Origin: an uncultured Candidatus Saccharibacteria bacterium
GTDB taxonomy: Bacteria; Patescibacteriota; Minisyncoccia; Phycocordibacterales; UBA12088
Assembly: GCA_964635195.1 (NCBI GenBank)
Contig: CAZWNC010000001.1
Coordinates: forward strand, 1,312-65,311
Direction: 5' to 3'
DNA: 64,000 nucleotides
Notes under the pieces: generated by a model
The model's input: only the letters and a program-made list of their open reading frames with translations
Told to the model about the DNA's origin: nothing
Databases searched by the model: none
Translations under genes and position numbers: made by a program
In this document: piece after piece, positions 27,489 through 37,596 of the stretch
Layout of the letters: every line of letters starts with the position of its first letter
How positions within the stretch are numbered: position 1 is the first letter of the stretch

Positions 27489-29174
27489 ATGACACAAGAT
27501 GAGGCCTTTGCGATACTGTGTATGGGTAAAAACGTGTTTTTGACCGGTGCGGCGGGGAGTGGCAAGACCTACGTCATCAACCGCTACGTACGATGGTTGC
27601 GTGAGCGCGGTATCGAGCCAGCTGTCACTGCGTCAACGGGGATTGCCGCTACACACATCGGGGGTCAAACGATCCACAGTTGGTCGGGAATCGGAGTAAA
27701 AGAGTACCTTGGTCCATACGAACTCGATCACATTGCGCAGAACGAACGCTTGGTCAAGCGCTTTCAAGGCACGCAGGTACTTATTATCGATGAAGTATCG
27801 ATGCTTGCCGGCAATACGCTTGGTCTTGTGGATCAGGCATTGCGCGCAGGCCTTTCCAAGGAAGAGCCGTTCGGAGGTCTGCAGGTGATACTGTGTGGTG
27901 ATTTTTTTCAGCTACCCCCGGTGGTACGAGGAAATGGCATGATGCAGTTTGCGTTTCAGAGTGATGCGTGGCATGCGCTTGGGCTCGTCGTATGCTATCT
28001 CCATGAACAATACCGCCAGGATGACGAAGCACTGCTTGCAATTTTGAACGGTATTCGAGCAGGTGATGTATCACACGCACTCCGTGCAATGCTCGAAATG
28101 CGTATCGGATGTGTTTCCCCAACCGAGGTTCCCCATCTCTACACACACAATGTCGACGTCGACCGTTTAAATACTGAGCGCCTCGCTCTTTTAGAGGGTC
28201 CTGCACGTTCGTACCATATGCGTACCAAGGGAAGCAAAAAACACCTTGAATTGCTCAAGCGCGGTACGATGGTGCCTGAAGTATTGCAAATCAAAGAAGG
28301 TGCGGTGGTGATGTGCATCAAGAACCATCCACAAGGTAAATATGTGAACGGAACATTGGGTACGGTCGTGCGTTTTGCCGGAATTGGAAACCCTGTAATA
28401 GTGACACGTGCCGGCGTTGAGCTCGAAATAGAAGAAGATAGTTGGAAGATGGAAGATGGTGACAAAGTAAAGGCGGAGCTTATACAAATCCCTCTTCGTC
28501 TCGCATGGGCGGTTACTGTGCACAAGAGCCAAGGGCTTACTCTTGATGCGGCACAAATTGACCTGCGTAAGACGTTTGTCGAGGGGCAGGGCTATGTGTC
28601 ACTCTCGCGGGTTCGCTCACTCACCGGTCTCTATCTTGAAGGAATATCCGAGCTTGCCTACGGGAGACACCCTGCGGTTGCCGAGGCAGATCAATTTTTT
28701 ATTGCAGCATCCGACATGAGTGTGCGACGACTCACAGTAACTTCGCAGGAACGAGTGTTAGAACTGACGAATGAGTTCATTCGCTCGTGTGGAGGCCACC
28801 TGCCGGATCCGAAACGGAGCGCGGTAAAGAGTAAAAAGGGGGCAAAAGAGGGGACATATGACAAAACGTTACGTATGGTCCGTGAGCACATGAGCATACA
28901 AGAAATTGCCGATGAGCGTGAGTACAGTGAAGATACAATCATGACACACATCGAACGCTTGATGCGTCAAGGTGTTTTGAGTACAAAAGATATAGCATAT
29001 CTTGCCCCAAACGATGATTCATTCGAAGCTGTTTTGAAGGAAGTCGCAGAGGCCTTTGAAACACTGGGGGTATGGAATCTTGCGCCGGTGCGTGCACACC
29101 TCGATGACCGTTTTAGTTACCCGGAACTCCGTTTCCTGCGTCTCTTCGTACAGAAGAGCGACGGCGTTGCGTGA
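27489..29174 (+). CDS. Pif1-family DNA helicase with C-terminal HTH
   Basis: TGAAGSGKT, TIHSWSG, IDEVSM, GDFFQLPPV, YRQ, AWAVTVHKSQG, YVSLSR. Confidence 0.93.
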   Translation: MTQDEAFAILCMGKNVFLTGAAGSGKTYVINRYVRWLRERGIEPAVTASTGIAATHIGGQTIHSWSGIGVKEYLGPYELDHIAQNERLVKRFQGTQVLIIDEVSMLAGNTLGLVDQALRAGLSKEEPFGGLQVILCGDFFQLPPVVRGNGMMQFAFQSDAWHALGLVVCYLHEQYRQDDEALLAILNGIRAGDVSHALRAMLEMRIGCVSPTEVPHLYTHNVDVDRLNTERLALLEGPARSYHMRTKGSKKHLELLKRGTMVPEVLQIKEGAVVMCIKNHPQGKYVNGTLGTVVRFAGIGNPVIVTRAGVELEIEEDSWKMEDGDKVKAELIQIPLRLAWAVTVHKSQGLTLDAAQIDLRKTFVEGQGYVSLSRVRSLTGLYLEGISELAYGRHPAVAEADQFFIAASDMSVRRLTVTSQERVLELTNEFIRSCGGHLPDPKRSAVKSKKGAKEGTYDKTLRMVREHMSIQEIADEREYSEDTIMTHIERLMRQGVLSTKDIAYLAPNDDSFEAVLKEVAEAFETLGVWNLAPVRAHLDDRFSYPELRFLRLFVQKSDGVA

Positions 29175-29209
29175 AGGGGACGCTCCGACGTCTTTTCCTA
29201 CGCGTCCCA

Positions 29210-30130
29210 TTAGTGGAGGAGTGAGCGGTATATATCTTCGAGCGCCTTTACGGCATCACCGACCGCGATGTTGTTTTGTGCGTAGAGGCAGTCTGTGCAG
29301 TCCCCTGCAGCCCACACACCCCCGCATGATGTTTGTTGTGTGCGAGGATCTACCTTTACGTGTCCGTAGGGATCACGTTCGGCGACGTCTTTAATCATGT
29401 CTGTATTTGGTATGGTTCCGATTTCCACAAAGACGCCCTGGACGGGGAGTGTATGCACTTCGTTTGACACAAGGTCTCGATAAGTGACACCGGTAACCAT
29501 GCGGTCACCCTGTATCTCAGTAATCTCCGCATTCACCAAACCTCGCATGTTTTCGTGCGCGAGCACTTTCTCTACGGTGATGGGTTCCGCACGGTAGCTT
29601 GGGTTTCGTTCAAGTAAGGTGACACTTTTTGCGTATGCGAGGAGTTGTGCAGCGGATTCAAACCCGGCGTTTCCGCCACCTACAACGACGACATCCATAC
29701 CTCCAAAAAGCGGACCATCACAGGTTGCACAGTAGGTGACCCCTTTGTGTTCAAATACGTCTGCCCCCGGTACGGTAAGTGTTCGTCTGCGTGCACCAGA
29801 CGCCACCAAGACCGCTCGTGCTGTGCAGGTGCTCGTGTCACTCAGGGTGACCGTGAACGCACCCTGAGATCCGGTTACTTTCTCGACGGTTACCCCCTCT
29901 TTCATGGTAACGTATGTTCCTGCATATGCGTACGCGTGCTGCTTTAGTTGTTGAGCGAGGGCTTCTCCCGGAATTTCGACCGTACCAATCCAATTTTGTA
30001 TCCCGGGCGACACAATGCTTTGTCCACCCCAGTCTTTGGTAACAAGAATCGTGCTTAGTTTTTTGCGCCCTGCGTACACGGCTGCCGCACAAGCTGCTGG
30101 TCCGCCACCTATGATGATGAGGTCGTGCAT
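29210..30130 (-). CDS. trxB: thioredoxin reductase-family flavoprotein
   Basis: GGGPA, GVTYCATCDGP, GGGNAG, AAGD. Confidence 0.9.
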   Translation of the reverse strand: MHDLIIIGGGPAACAAAVYAGRKKLSTILVTKDWGGQSIVSPGIQNWIGTVEIPGEALAQQLKQHAYAYAGTYVTMKEGVTVEKVTGSQGAFTVTLSDTSTCTARAVLVASGARRRTLTVPGADVFEHKGVTYCATCDGPLFGGMDVVVVGGGNAGFESAAQLLAYAKSVTLLERNPSYRAEPITVEKVLAHENMRGLVNAEITEIQGDRMVTGVTYRDLVSNEVHTLPVQGVFVEIGTIPNTDMIKDVAERDPYGHVKVDPRTQQTSCGGVWAAGDCTDCLYAQNNIAVGDAVKALEDIYRSLLH

Positions 30131-30392
30131 AGTGTGATGATAGTGTGGGTAATGGGTATTGAAGCAGTGTAAGCGAATACTGCGGTCAAACTGCGTGTAT
30201 TGAAGTACCGACAGTACATCGATTCTCACCTACTCGGGCAGTATGAGAACAGTAGGTACTATTGAGGCGGAATGTGTGTGTTTGGAAACACTTACTGACG
30301 TTGATGGAACACACCTTCCAAAGTATAGCACACACGCACGTCCTATACGTGTAGGTGCGAATCACACACAAAGTCACAGAACCAGCGTACCA

Positions 30393-31673
30393 CTACTTGA
30401 TCTTTGATCGACGAAGGAACGGTGGAATACCCCATTCCGAGTCGTCATCGTCCACCTCCGGTGCAGGTGCTGGAGTGGTAGGTGCCGTAGGTGTTTCTTG
30501 AGGAATTTGGTTGCGTGCCGCACGTTTTTCGTCACGTACCGGTTCATCGTTCGGCTCCTTATGTCGTCCGAATGTCGCAATCGGTCGTGGGGTTGTGGGA
30601 CGAATGTCGCGGTTATCGATAAACGTGTTATGGATTTGTCCCGTACGATCGTGGTCATCTCGCTTTTCAACTGATTTTGTGAGGCTGCTGAATGGGGCTT
30701 CGGCATCCGTATGAATGTCCTCAATAAAGCCGGTCGCGATAACGGTGACCTTGATCTCATCTTTTTTGAGCTTGTCGTCACGGAAGGCACCAAATATGAC
30801 ACGCGCATTCGGGTCGATGGTCTCGGTAATCATGCGTGCCGCGTCCTGTATCTCAAGCATACCCAAGTCATCGCCGCCGGCAATCGCAAAGAGAACACCA
30901 CGTGCACCTGAAATGGATACTTCAAGCAGTGGGGAATTGATTGCTCGTTGTGCAGCCTCCTCGGCACGTTTTTCGCCTGAAGCAAGGCCGATTCCCATAA
31001 GTGCTGAGCCTGCATTTTGCATGACAGTCTTGATGTCGGCAAAGTCAACGTTCACGATACCTGGAGTCGTGATGAGGTCGGAAATCCCTTCGACTGCTTG
31101 ACGTAAGACGTCATCGCAGAGAGCAAAGGCATTCAGGACGGACGTATCGCGATCAACAATCGCGAGTAATCGATCGTTCGGTATGGTAATGATGGCGTCC
31201 ACTTCGGCCTTGAGTGCCGCGATACCTTCTTCGGCAGAACGCATGCGCTGCTGTCCTTCAAACGTGAATGGTTTGGTCACCACGCCAACCGTTAAAGCAC
31301 CCGCTTCTTTCGCGAGTTTGGCAATCACCGGTGCCGCCCCGGTGCCGGTGCCGCCTCCCATGCCGCACGCTATAAATACCATGTCTGAGTCACGGAGTGC
31401 TTCCAAAACCTCCTCCTGAGTTTCTTCTGCCGCGCGACGGCCAAAATCAGGGTTACCACCCGCACCAAGACCGCGGGTAAGGTTTTTGCCGACATGGACT
31501 TTCTTTTTCGCTTTTGAATGTTGCAGATCTTGCGCATCGGTATTGATCGCAATGAATTCCACTCCTTTCACATCGGAGTTGATCATGTGGTTGATGGCAT
31601 TGCTTCCTGAACCACCGACCCCTACTACTCGAATGCGTGCGAAAGACTCTACCTCTGGTTGAACTTGCGGCAT
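30393..31673 (-). CDS. ftsZ: cell division protein FtsZ
   Basis: GVGGSGSN, GMGGGTGTG, NVDFAD, C-terminal IPPFLR. Confidence 0.99.
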   Translation of the reverse strand: MPQVQPEVESFARIRVVGVGGSGSNAINHMINSDVKGVEFIAINTDAQDLQHSKAKKKVHVGKNLTRGLGAGGNPDFGRRAAEETQEEVLEALRDSDMVFIACGMGGGTGTGAAPVIAKLAKEAGALTVGVVTKPFTFEGQQRMRSAEEGIAALKAEVDAIITIPNDRLLAIVDRDTSVLNAFALCDDVLRQAVEGISDLITTPGIVNVDFADIKTVMQNAGSALMGIGLASGEKRAEEAAQRAINSPLLEVSISGARGVLFAIAGGDDLGMLEIQDAARMITETIDPNARVIFGAFRDDKLKKDEIKVTVIATGFIEDIHTDAEAPFSSLTKSVEKRDDHDRTGQIHNTFIDNRDIRPTTPRPIATFGRHKEPNDEPVRDEKRAARNQIPQETPTAPTTPAPAPEVDDDDSEWGIPPFLRRSKIK

Positions 31674-31803
31674 ATATGTTGTGTTGCGTGAAGGTTACGT
31701 AGTATGCACTATAGCAAACATATGCAGCGCCGTAACTGTTGACAAAAGACCCTGATGTATCATGCAACATGGGAGAGAAATACCGTGACGGCGTTCGTTT
31801 TGA

Positions 31804-32964
31804 TCACGGGAGGAATTGTTTGAACCACTGGAACGCATCGGAGGCGTTTTCGCGCAAGCTGGAGAGTGTGCTTGTTTGCGCTTCGTTGCGCAGACCCCAA
31901 ATACAGAGGCCGTATGCCACAGCCCAACTTGAATCCTTGAGCTTGGTTGGTTGTGGAATGGTGAGTGTTGCGCGCTTGCTGGGAAGTTTCAGTGCAGCCT
32001 TGGCAATGTCCTCAATCGTTGTGACGCCGGAACCGCCACCTGATATCACAATACCGGCTGGTAGCAGGCCGTTCCTGCCGATTCGTTTCAGGTGAACGTC
32101 AATGAGTCGGAATATATCAGTGAGACGATTTGTAATGATCTCTTCCAGACGTTTTTGTGTACCGAGTGGCGCGCTCTGTGCACCGATTTTCGCGTCCTCA
32201 GCGTCTTCAAGTGATAGCTTAAGACCAAGCGCAATGTCATGTGTAATCGTGGTTGATCCCACAGGGAACACACGCACGCTGATAGGGGTCTCGTTCTCAA
32301 AGACCGCTATCGAAACGGTCTCAGCCCCGATGTTTACGAGGACGACGCCCGCAATTTTTTGTGCTTTTGTAAGTGTGACAAAACTGCCGGCCATGGGACT
32401 TGCCATGACGTCTGTTACCGATATGCCAAGTTCCTCCACCGCGGCGATAAGATCGTTCACGTGTTGCTCAAGACTTGATACGAAAAGAGTTTCCACTTCG
32501 AGTTTCGTACCTTTCATGCCTGCCGGTCTCCCGAGTACGCGGTCGCCATCCAATCGATACGCGAGCGGTATTGCATGGATTACTTTGCGGTTGGTAAGAC
32601 GAGTGGCAATTTTACGCTCACTTTCTTCGAGTACGTTTTTGACGTCCTGCTCACTCACTTCACCGTCTGCCCGTGACACAATAATCTCTGCACGGGAACG
32701 ATACTCCTCAAGACCGATGCCGCCTATTGAGAGAAAGGCACGACGAACAGCGACACCGGATTCTTTTTCCGCTTGTGAGATGGCAGTCTGTAGGGTGCGT
32801 ACCATATCGTCCTTATTGATGATGTATCCATGACGAATCCCGCGAGATTGTGCATGGCCGGTGCCGAGAATGACCGGTCGTTGATCTTTTTTTGAACTGG
32901 ACGCAATCACAACCTTGACCTGGTAGGTGCCTATATCGATGCCGACAGCGAAGGTTTGTGACAT
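31804..32964 (-). CDS. ftsA: cell division protein FtsA
   Basis: GIDIGT, GIRHG, NIGAET, GIVISGGGS; immediately upstream of ftsZ. Confidence 0.96.
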   Translation of the reverse strand: MSQTFAVGIDIGTYQVKVVIASSSKKDQRPVILGTGHAQSRGIRHGYIINKDDMVRTLQTAISQAEKESGVAVRRAFLSIGGIGLEEYRSRAEIIVSRADGEVSEQDVKNVLEESERKIATRLTNRKVIHAIPLAYRLDGDRVLGRPAGMKGTKLEVETLFVSSLEQHVNDLIAAVEELGISVTDVMASPMAGSFVTLTKAQKIAGVVLVNIGAETVSIAVFENETPISVRVFPVGSTTITHDIALGLKLSLEDAEDAKIGAQSAPLGTQKRLEEIITNRLTDIFRLIDVHLKRIGRNGLLPAGIVISGGGSGVTTIEDIAKAALKLPSKRATLTIPQPTKLKDSSWAVAYGLCIWGLRNEAQTSTLSSLRENASDAFQWFKQFLP

Positions 32965-33041
32965 GGTGGTGTATATAAAGAGCGATTGACGCGACGTCCA
33001 TCACCACTCATCTGAAGGTGACACAGTTTGGGAGAACGATT

Positions 33042-33437
33042 TTATGTAATACCAAATTGCTCAATGAGCTCTCGCTCCATACGCTCCATTGTACTCCCAT
33101 GATGGTTACCCTTCAAATGAAGACAACCGTGGATAAGCAAATAACGCAGGTGACCCTCGGGAGAAAGCTCAAACAATCGACACTCGCGAGTAATGCGTGC
33201 GATGTTCAAATATATTTCCCCGGAACGCTCATCAAGGGGAAAGGAAAGGACGTTCGGAGAGTAATCTTTGTTTCGGTAGGTTCGATTGAGCGTTCGTGCG
33301 CGCGTATCACCCACGATCACAATGGATAGGGTATAGGTTTCGCCAAGGATATGGCTCGCAATAGCACAAAGACCCGAAGTGTCCACATTCCTTCGTACGA
33401 CACTCGTGGTCACACAATGCGACGCGCAATCCGTCAT
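33042..33437 (-). CDS. ybeY: rRNA maturation RNase YbeY
   Basis: LNRTYRNKDYSPNVLSF, IHGCLHLKGNHH. Confidence 0.92.
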   Translation of the reverse strand: MTDCASHCVTTSVVRRNVDTSGLCAIASHILGETYTLSIVIVGDTRARTLNRTYRNKDYSPNVLSFPLDERSGEIYLNIARITRECRLFELSPEGHLRYLLIHGCLHLKGNHHGSTMERMERELIEQFGIT

Positions 33438-33441
33438 ACTT

Positions 33442-33687
33442 TTAACGGCGCTTCTTTTTTGTTTGTGGCTCACGGCCGAGTTTGTAGAGTGCGAGGTATT
33501 CTTCGGTGCGCTTGATGCGAGTAAGTGCGTCAAGCTTTTTTCGTGCTGCAGAAAGTGCTCTTCCGTGGTACCGCAAAGACCGGACACGCTTCACGACACC
33601 GCCTCCTTGTGCCTTGCGGGTAAAGCGACGCATCATGCCGAGTACGTTTTCATTACCGTGCCGTACGACTTCAGTGTGAACTATCAT
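33442..33687 (-). CDS. rpsU: divergent ribosomal protein bS21-like
   Basis: V..HGNEN...MMRRFTRK...G...R..RY pattern; small and basic; next to ybeY. Confidence 0.6.
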   Translation of the reverse strand: MIVHTEVVRHGNENVLGMMRRFTRKAQGGGVVKRVRSLRYHGRALSAARKKLDALTRIKRTEEYLALYKLGREPQTKKKRR

Positions 33688-33796
33688 AGTGAGGGGATTG
33701 TACCATGGGTACATGCGACACGCAAGCGGAGCAAATACTCAAGGATAACACGTTTAAAATAGTTGGCGTATGTCCACTATTTGTTACCAAGTATAC

Positions 33797-34978
33797 TCAA
33801 ACTACCGCTCTTACGAAGTCCGTGAGCGTTGCGAGGGGGATTGTCTTTTGCGACCGGTCGCTTACATCTCGAATCACGACTACGTTGTCGTGAACCTCAC
33901 GTTGACCAAGTATGATAATATATCGAGCTCCTCGAGACTCCGCGTAGGCGACTTGCTCAGAAAAACGTTCAAACTGGAGACATTGTCCGATTGGGATTCG
34001 CGCACGTCGGAACGCTTCGATGATTGATATACTCTTGATACGTGCCTCGCGACCGATATGCACAAGGCACGTGGAAGGTTTTTTGACGCGCAGGCGTGCT
34101 ATCGGGTCGGTCGATTCCGTATGACCGGTTGGGAAAGCGATGACGACACCTGTCGCGGGAACCGCAGAGCGCGCATGTGAACGGGTGAGCGTATCGTATC
34201 GTCCACCGCGAGCAAGAATGGTCGGGCTTGTACCTGGCGCAGGAGCAGTACTAACGAATTCAAAGATCGTGTGGGCGTACATGTTCTGATTTCCGTAGAG
34301 CATGTCGTCGATTTCAAACGGTATACCCGTTTGTTCCAGGAGTTCGAGAATTTGTTTAAAATGGCGACGGCTGGGGGCGGTCAAAAATTCGATAGGGCGT
34401 GGCAACGTCTCCGTTATGGGATGTCGTTCCTCGTAGCATTGTGCTATCGCAGCACGGACGTCCTGTCGAAGTAGCTCTGAAAGTGGGGGCGGTAGATCCT
34501 TGGCGACCTGACGGAGTTTTGTGCCGACTTCACGTACAAAACGAGTTGCCGAATCGCTATCACCAAGACTGTTAATGCGTAACACGCTGTTTGCGTTGCC
34601 GAGTTCCTCAAGGATGGTTGCCGCGCTTTTCATGACGACAATCTCAGTAAGTGGGTCGGGCGAGCCGATGGCGTTCAAAGTGATTGCGGAGAGTGTTGAT
34701 CCGGGAGTACCGGCATGCCGCACGAGTGAGGGTGTATAGAAGAGTACAGCGTTTCGCTTGCGAAGTTCGATAGACTCGGTCAAGCGGGAGAGTGCGTACT
34801 CAATGACATGCGAGTCTATTTTGCCATGTCCGGCAAGTGGTGTTTCAACTGTGTATGGGCTTTCGCATGGAGGGCGTTCGTGAAGCGCAAGGTCGTCCAC
34901 GTTGCAAAACCCATAATGTTCCGCGACCGCCATGGCGCGTTTAAAGAAAGTCTGTGTTGCGAGTGGTGTTGACCTCAT
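33797..34978 (-). CDS. degenerate histidyl-tRNA synthetase paralogue
   Basis: INSLGD, Y.HTIFE, GGRYD and an anticodon-binding-type C-domain are present; no recognisable class II motif 2. Confidence 0.75.
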   Translation of the reverse strand: MRSTPLATQTFFKRAMAVAEHYGFCNVDDLALHERPPCESPYTVETPLAGHGKIDSHVIEYALSRLTESIELRKRNAVLFYTPSLVRHAGTPGSTLSAITLNAIGSPDPLTEIVVMKSAATILEELGNANSVLRINSLGDSDSATRFVREVGTKLRQVAKDLPPPLSELLRQDVRAAIAQCYEERHPITETLPRPIEFLTAPSRRHFKQILELLEQTGIPFEIDDMLYGNQNMYAHTIFEFVSTAPAPGTSPTILARGGRYDTLTRSHARSAVPATGVVIAFPTGHTESTDPIARLRVKKPSTCLVHIGREARIKSISIIEAFRRARIPIGQCLQFERFSEQVAYAESRGARYIIILGQREVHDNVVVIRDVSDRSQKTIPLATLTDFVRAVV

Positions 34979-34987
34979 GAGACACGG

Positions 34988-35656
34988 TTAGGAAGTGGGT
35001 GTTTCAGTGGAGTATATGTAGCTGCCCGGAAATATCCCGAAGTGTGTTGGAGGAAGAAGGCGCATGAATGCTCTCCCTATGATGTTTTCACGAGGTACCG
35101 GCCCCCAGTTCCTCGAATCCGAGCTCGCCCCGCGATTGTCGCCCATCACGAAATATTCATCTGAAGAAAGTCGTATAGTGATGTGCTCGTCCGTTCGATC
35201 GGTCTTTAAGTAGGGCTCGTCAAGAGTTGTGCGTGCTCCGTCAGATGTGTCGATTATTGTGGTGATGCCATTCGCAAGCTCAACCGTTTCGCCGGGAAGA
35301 CCGATGACACGTTTTATAAAGAATTTTGACGGTTCGTTAGGGTATCGAAAGATGATCACATCTCCTCGCTGCGGTTGCTCAATGTGATAGGTCGCTCGAT
35401 CCACGATAAGGTACTCGCCAGTTTCAAAAGTGGGTGCCATTGACGCACCGCTCACGATGAATGGCTGTGCGACATACATACGAAACGGAATGACAATTGC
35501 GAGCGCAAGTATGGAGAACTTGAACACCTCCGTGATGATGTTTCCTTGTTTTTGTTCGGGTTCTTCCCATGTTGGCACATCAGCGGAGTCGTCTGATAAT
35601 CTTGCGTGGACGGATGCCTGGTACGCGGTACGCGGTTGTATGTTGAGTGGATCCAT
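34988..35656 (-). CDS. lepB: signal peptidase I
   Basis: SGASMAPT (Ser), FIKRVIGLPG (Lys), GDNRGASSDSR. Confidence 0.96.
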   Translation of the reverse strand: MDPLNIQPRTAYQASVHARLSDDSADVPTWEEPEQKQGNIITEVFKFSILALAIVIPFRMYVAQPFIVSGASMAPTFETGEYLIVDRATYHIEQPQRGDVIIFRYPNEPSKFFIKRVIGLPGETVELANGITTIIDTSDGARTTLDEPYLKTDRTDEHITIRLSSDEYFVMGDNRGASSDSRNWGPVPRENIIGRAFMRLLPPTHFGIFPGSYIYSTETPTS

Positions 35657-35828
35657 AAGAACAAGGAGAAAAGATTGCGACGTGCTCAGTATACCACAAA
35701 AAACGCGTGTGCAAGGTTACTTCCCGTAAGACAGTAGTTGCATTGCATGCAGGGATCATGTCCGTGTCCGTTTCTAAGTCGATGACCATCTTTCTCCTTT
35801 TTGATTTCTCTCGTATACTTCGTAGTGT

Positions 35829-36452
35829 ATGGAGTATCTTTTGATCGGCCTCGGTAACCCCGGTGAAGCGTACGCAACGAGTCGACATAACCTCGGGAGG
35901 GTTGCGCTCGAGCGAATGTATGACAGGTGTGCGGGTGTGTCGTGGCGTACTGATACCCACGCGCATGCACGAGTGGCACGAGGGGTCACCCCGGCCGGTA
36001 CGAGCGTTACATTTTTACTGCCCGATACCTTCATGAACCGTTCGGGCGTGGCGGTGCGGCCATTCGTCGAGCGTGTTGAAGATCTTGAGCATGTCATTGT
36101 CCTGCATGACGATATCGACTTGCCGGAGGGAACAGTCAAAATCGCGTTTGATCGAGGATCAGGTGGACACAACGGCGTTCGTTCTATTGAGAGGATGTTT
36201 GCAAGTAAGGCCTTTGTTCGCGTGCGTATCGGTATAGCACCTGTGGCAACGGACGGTACAATCTCCAAGCCTGCAAAAGGAAACGAGCTTGACGACTTCG
36301 TGCTTCGTGCGCTTCGGGGTGCTGCATGGGACAACCTTCTTTCTGTTGCAGACATAGCGGCGAGTGCGACAATCGCGATTATTGATGAGGGGAGAGAAGC
36401 GGCGATGTTACGTTTTCATAGTACCGCAGTAGCGTCTCGTCCTGCAGCATAA
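35829..36452 (+). CDS. pth: peptidyl-tRNA hydrolase
   Basis: GLGNPG, RHNLG, FMNRSG, HDDIDL, GGHNG, RVRIGI. Confidence 0.97.
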   Translation: MEYLLIGLGNPGEAYATSRHNLGRVALERMYDRCAGVSWRTDTHAHARVARGVTPAGTSVTFLLPDTFMNRSGVAVRPFVERVEDLEHVIVLHDDIDLPEGTVKIAFDRGSGGHNGVRSIERMFASKAFVRVRIGIAPVATDGTISKPAKGNELDDFVLRALRGAAWDNLLSVADIAASATIAIIDEGREAAMLRFHSTAVASRPAA

Positions 36453-36579
36453 AGGATGTGTGACATTTTGCTTTGGGACACTTTGCACGTATTATGTTTG
36501 CTAGTGATACGCCCTTGCGATCTATGGCGGTACTGGAGTGTCTCGGTATAGAATACAAAGAATCCTAATTATAATACAT

Positions 36580-36987
36580 ATGAAACAGTATAAATCGCTC
36601 GTGTTTACATTTATCGCAACTGCAATCATAGTCGGTGCGTTTGTTGGTGTGTTCTACGTCATGGGTGAACGTTCTGACGTGTCTTCAAAGGATACCGAAG
36701 GATTGGCTGCGCTCGCGACATGCCTTACTGAACGTGGGGCAAAGTTTTATGGATCGTTCACGTGTCCACACTGCCAAGAGCAGAAGAAAGATTTTGGAGA
36801 TGCGGTAGGTATGGTTCCGTATATCGAGTGCAGCACTCCTGACGGTCGAGAGCAAATGCAGGTGTGTGCCGACGCGGGGATTACCGCCTATCCCACTTGG
36901 GTCTTTGCGAACGGTGAGCAAGTGATGGGCAGAGTCACGCTTTCCAGTTTGGCGGAGGCAACAGGGTGTCCTGTTCCTGTGCAGTAA
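36580..36987 (+). CDS. membrane-anchored thioredoxin-like protein
   Basis: N-terminal TM segment; FYGSFTCPHC, YIEC, C...GITAYPTW. Confidence 0.85.
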   Translation: MKQYKSLVFTFIATAIIVGAFVGVFYVMGERSDVSSKDTEGLAALATCLTERGAKFYGSFTCPHCQEQKKDFGDAVGMVPYIECSTPDGREQMQVCADAGITAYPTWVFANGEQVMGRVTLSSLAEATGCPVPVQ

Positions 36988-36993
36988 ACACGT

Positions 36994-37530
36994 ATGGAAC
37001 CTTACGCAGCCTCGCTCACCTACCTTTTCTCGGTGATTATCGTGTGTCTCGACGTGGTCGTCGTGTTCTTGGCGGTATCGCGTGGTGTCATGCGGATGTG
37101 GTTGCCGCCCGCATTCGATCGCGTCTTGTTGCGGTACATTTTGCCCTTCGCGAGCGTGAGTGCACTTATGGGAGTGCTTTTGTCACTTTTCTATTCGGAA
37201 ATTGTCGGTTTTTCGGTCTGCGTCTTGTGCTGGTTGTCGCGAGCGATGCTTTTCCCGTATGCTCTCATAGCGAGTGTTGCGTGGGTGCGTAGGGATGTTC
37301 AAGTGTGGCCTTATCTCTTGTCACTAGCGGTAGTGGGTATGATGATTACGTTGTACCATCACCTGTACCAGATGGGTGTGACGGCGGGGACGCTCTGTAC
37401 CACCTTTGCCAACGGGGGTGATTGTGCGGCGCGGTATGTCTTTGAGTTTGGGTTTGTCACTATGCCCTGGATGGGCTTCACGCTTTTCACTGTACTCGCA
37501 TTCCTTGCGTGGCGGATGCGGGAGCGGTAG
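36994..37530 (+). CDS. dsbB: disulfide bond formation protein, DsbB/BdbC family
   Basis: SLFYSE, CVLCW, YHHLYQ, second Cys pair, FGFVTMP. Confidence 0.85.
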   Translation: MEPYAASLTYLFSVIIVCLDVVVVFLAVSRGVMRMWLPPAFDRVLLRYILPFASVSALMGVLLSLFYSEIVGFSVCVLCWLSRAMLFPYALIASVAWVRRDVQVWPYLLSLAVVGMMITLYHHLYQMGVTAGTLCTTFANGGDCAARYVFEFGFVTMPWMGFTLFTVLAFLAWRMRER

Positions 37531-37596
37531 GATGCGGTGTGGCATGCTACGCGCGCTCGCGCGCGACTCCGCGTACTGTTCGCACTTGTGCACCCT

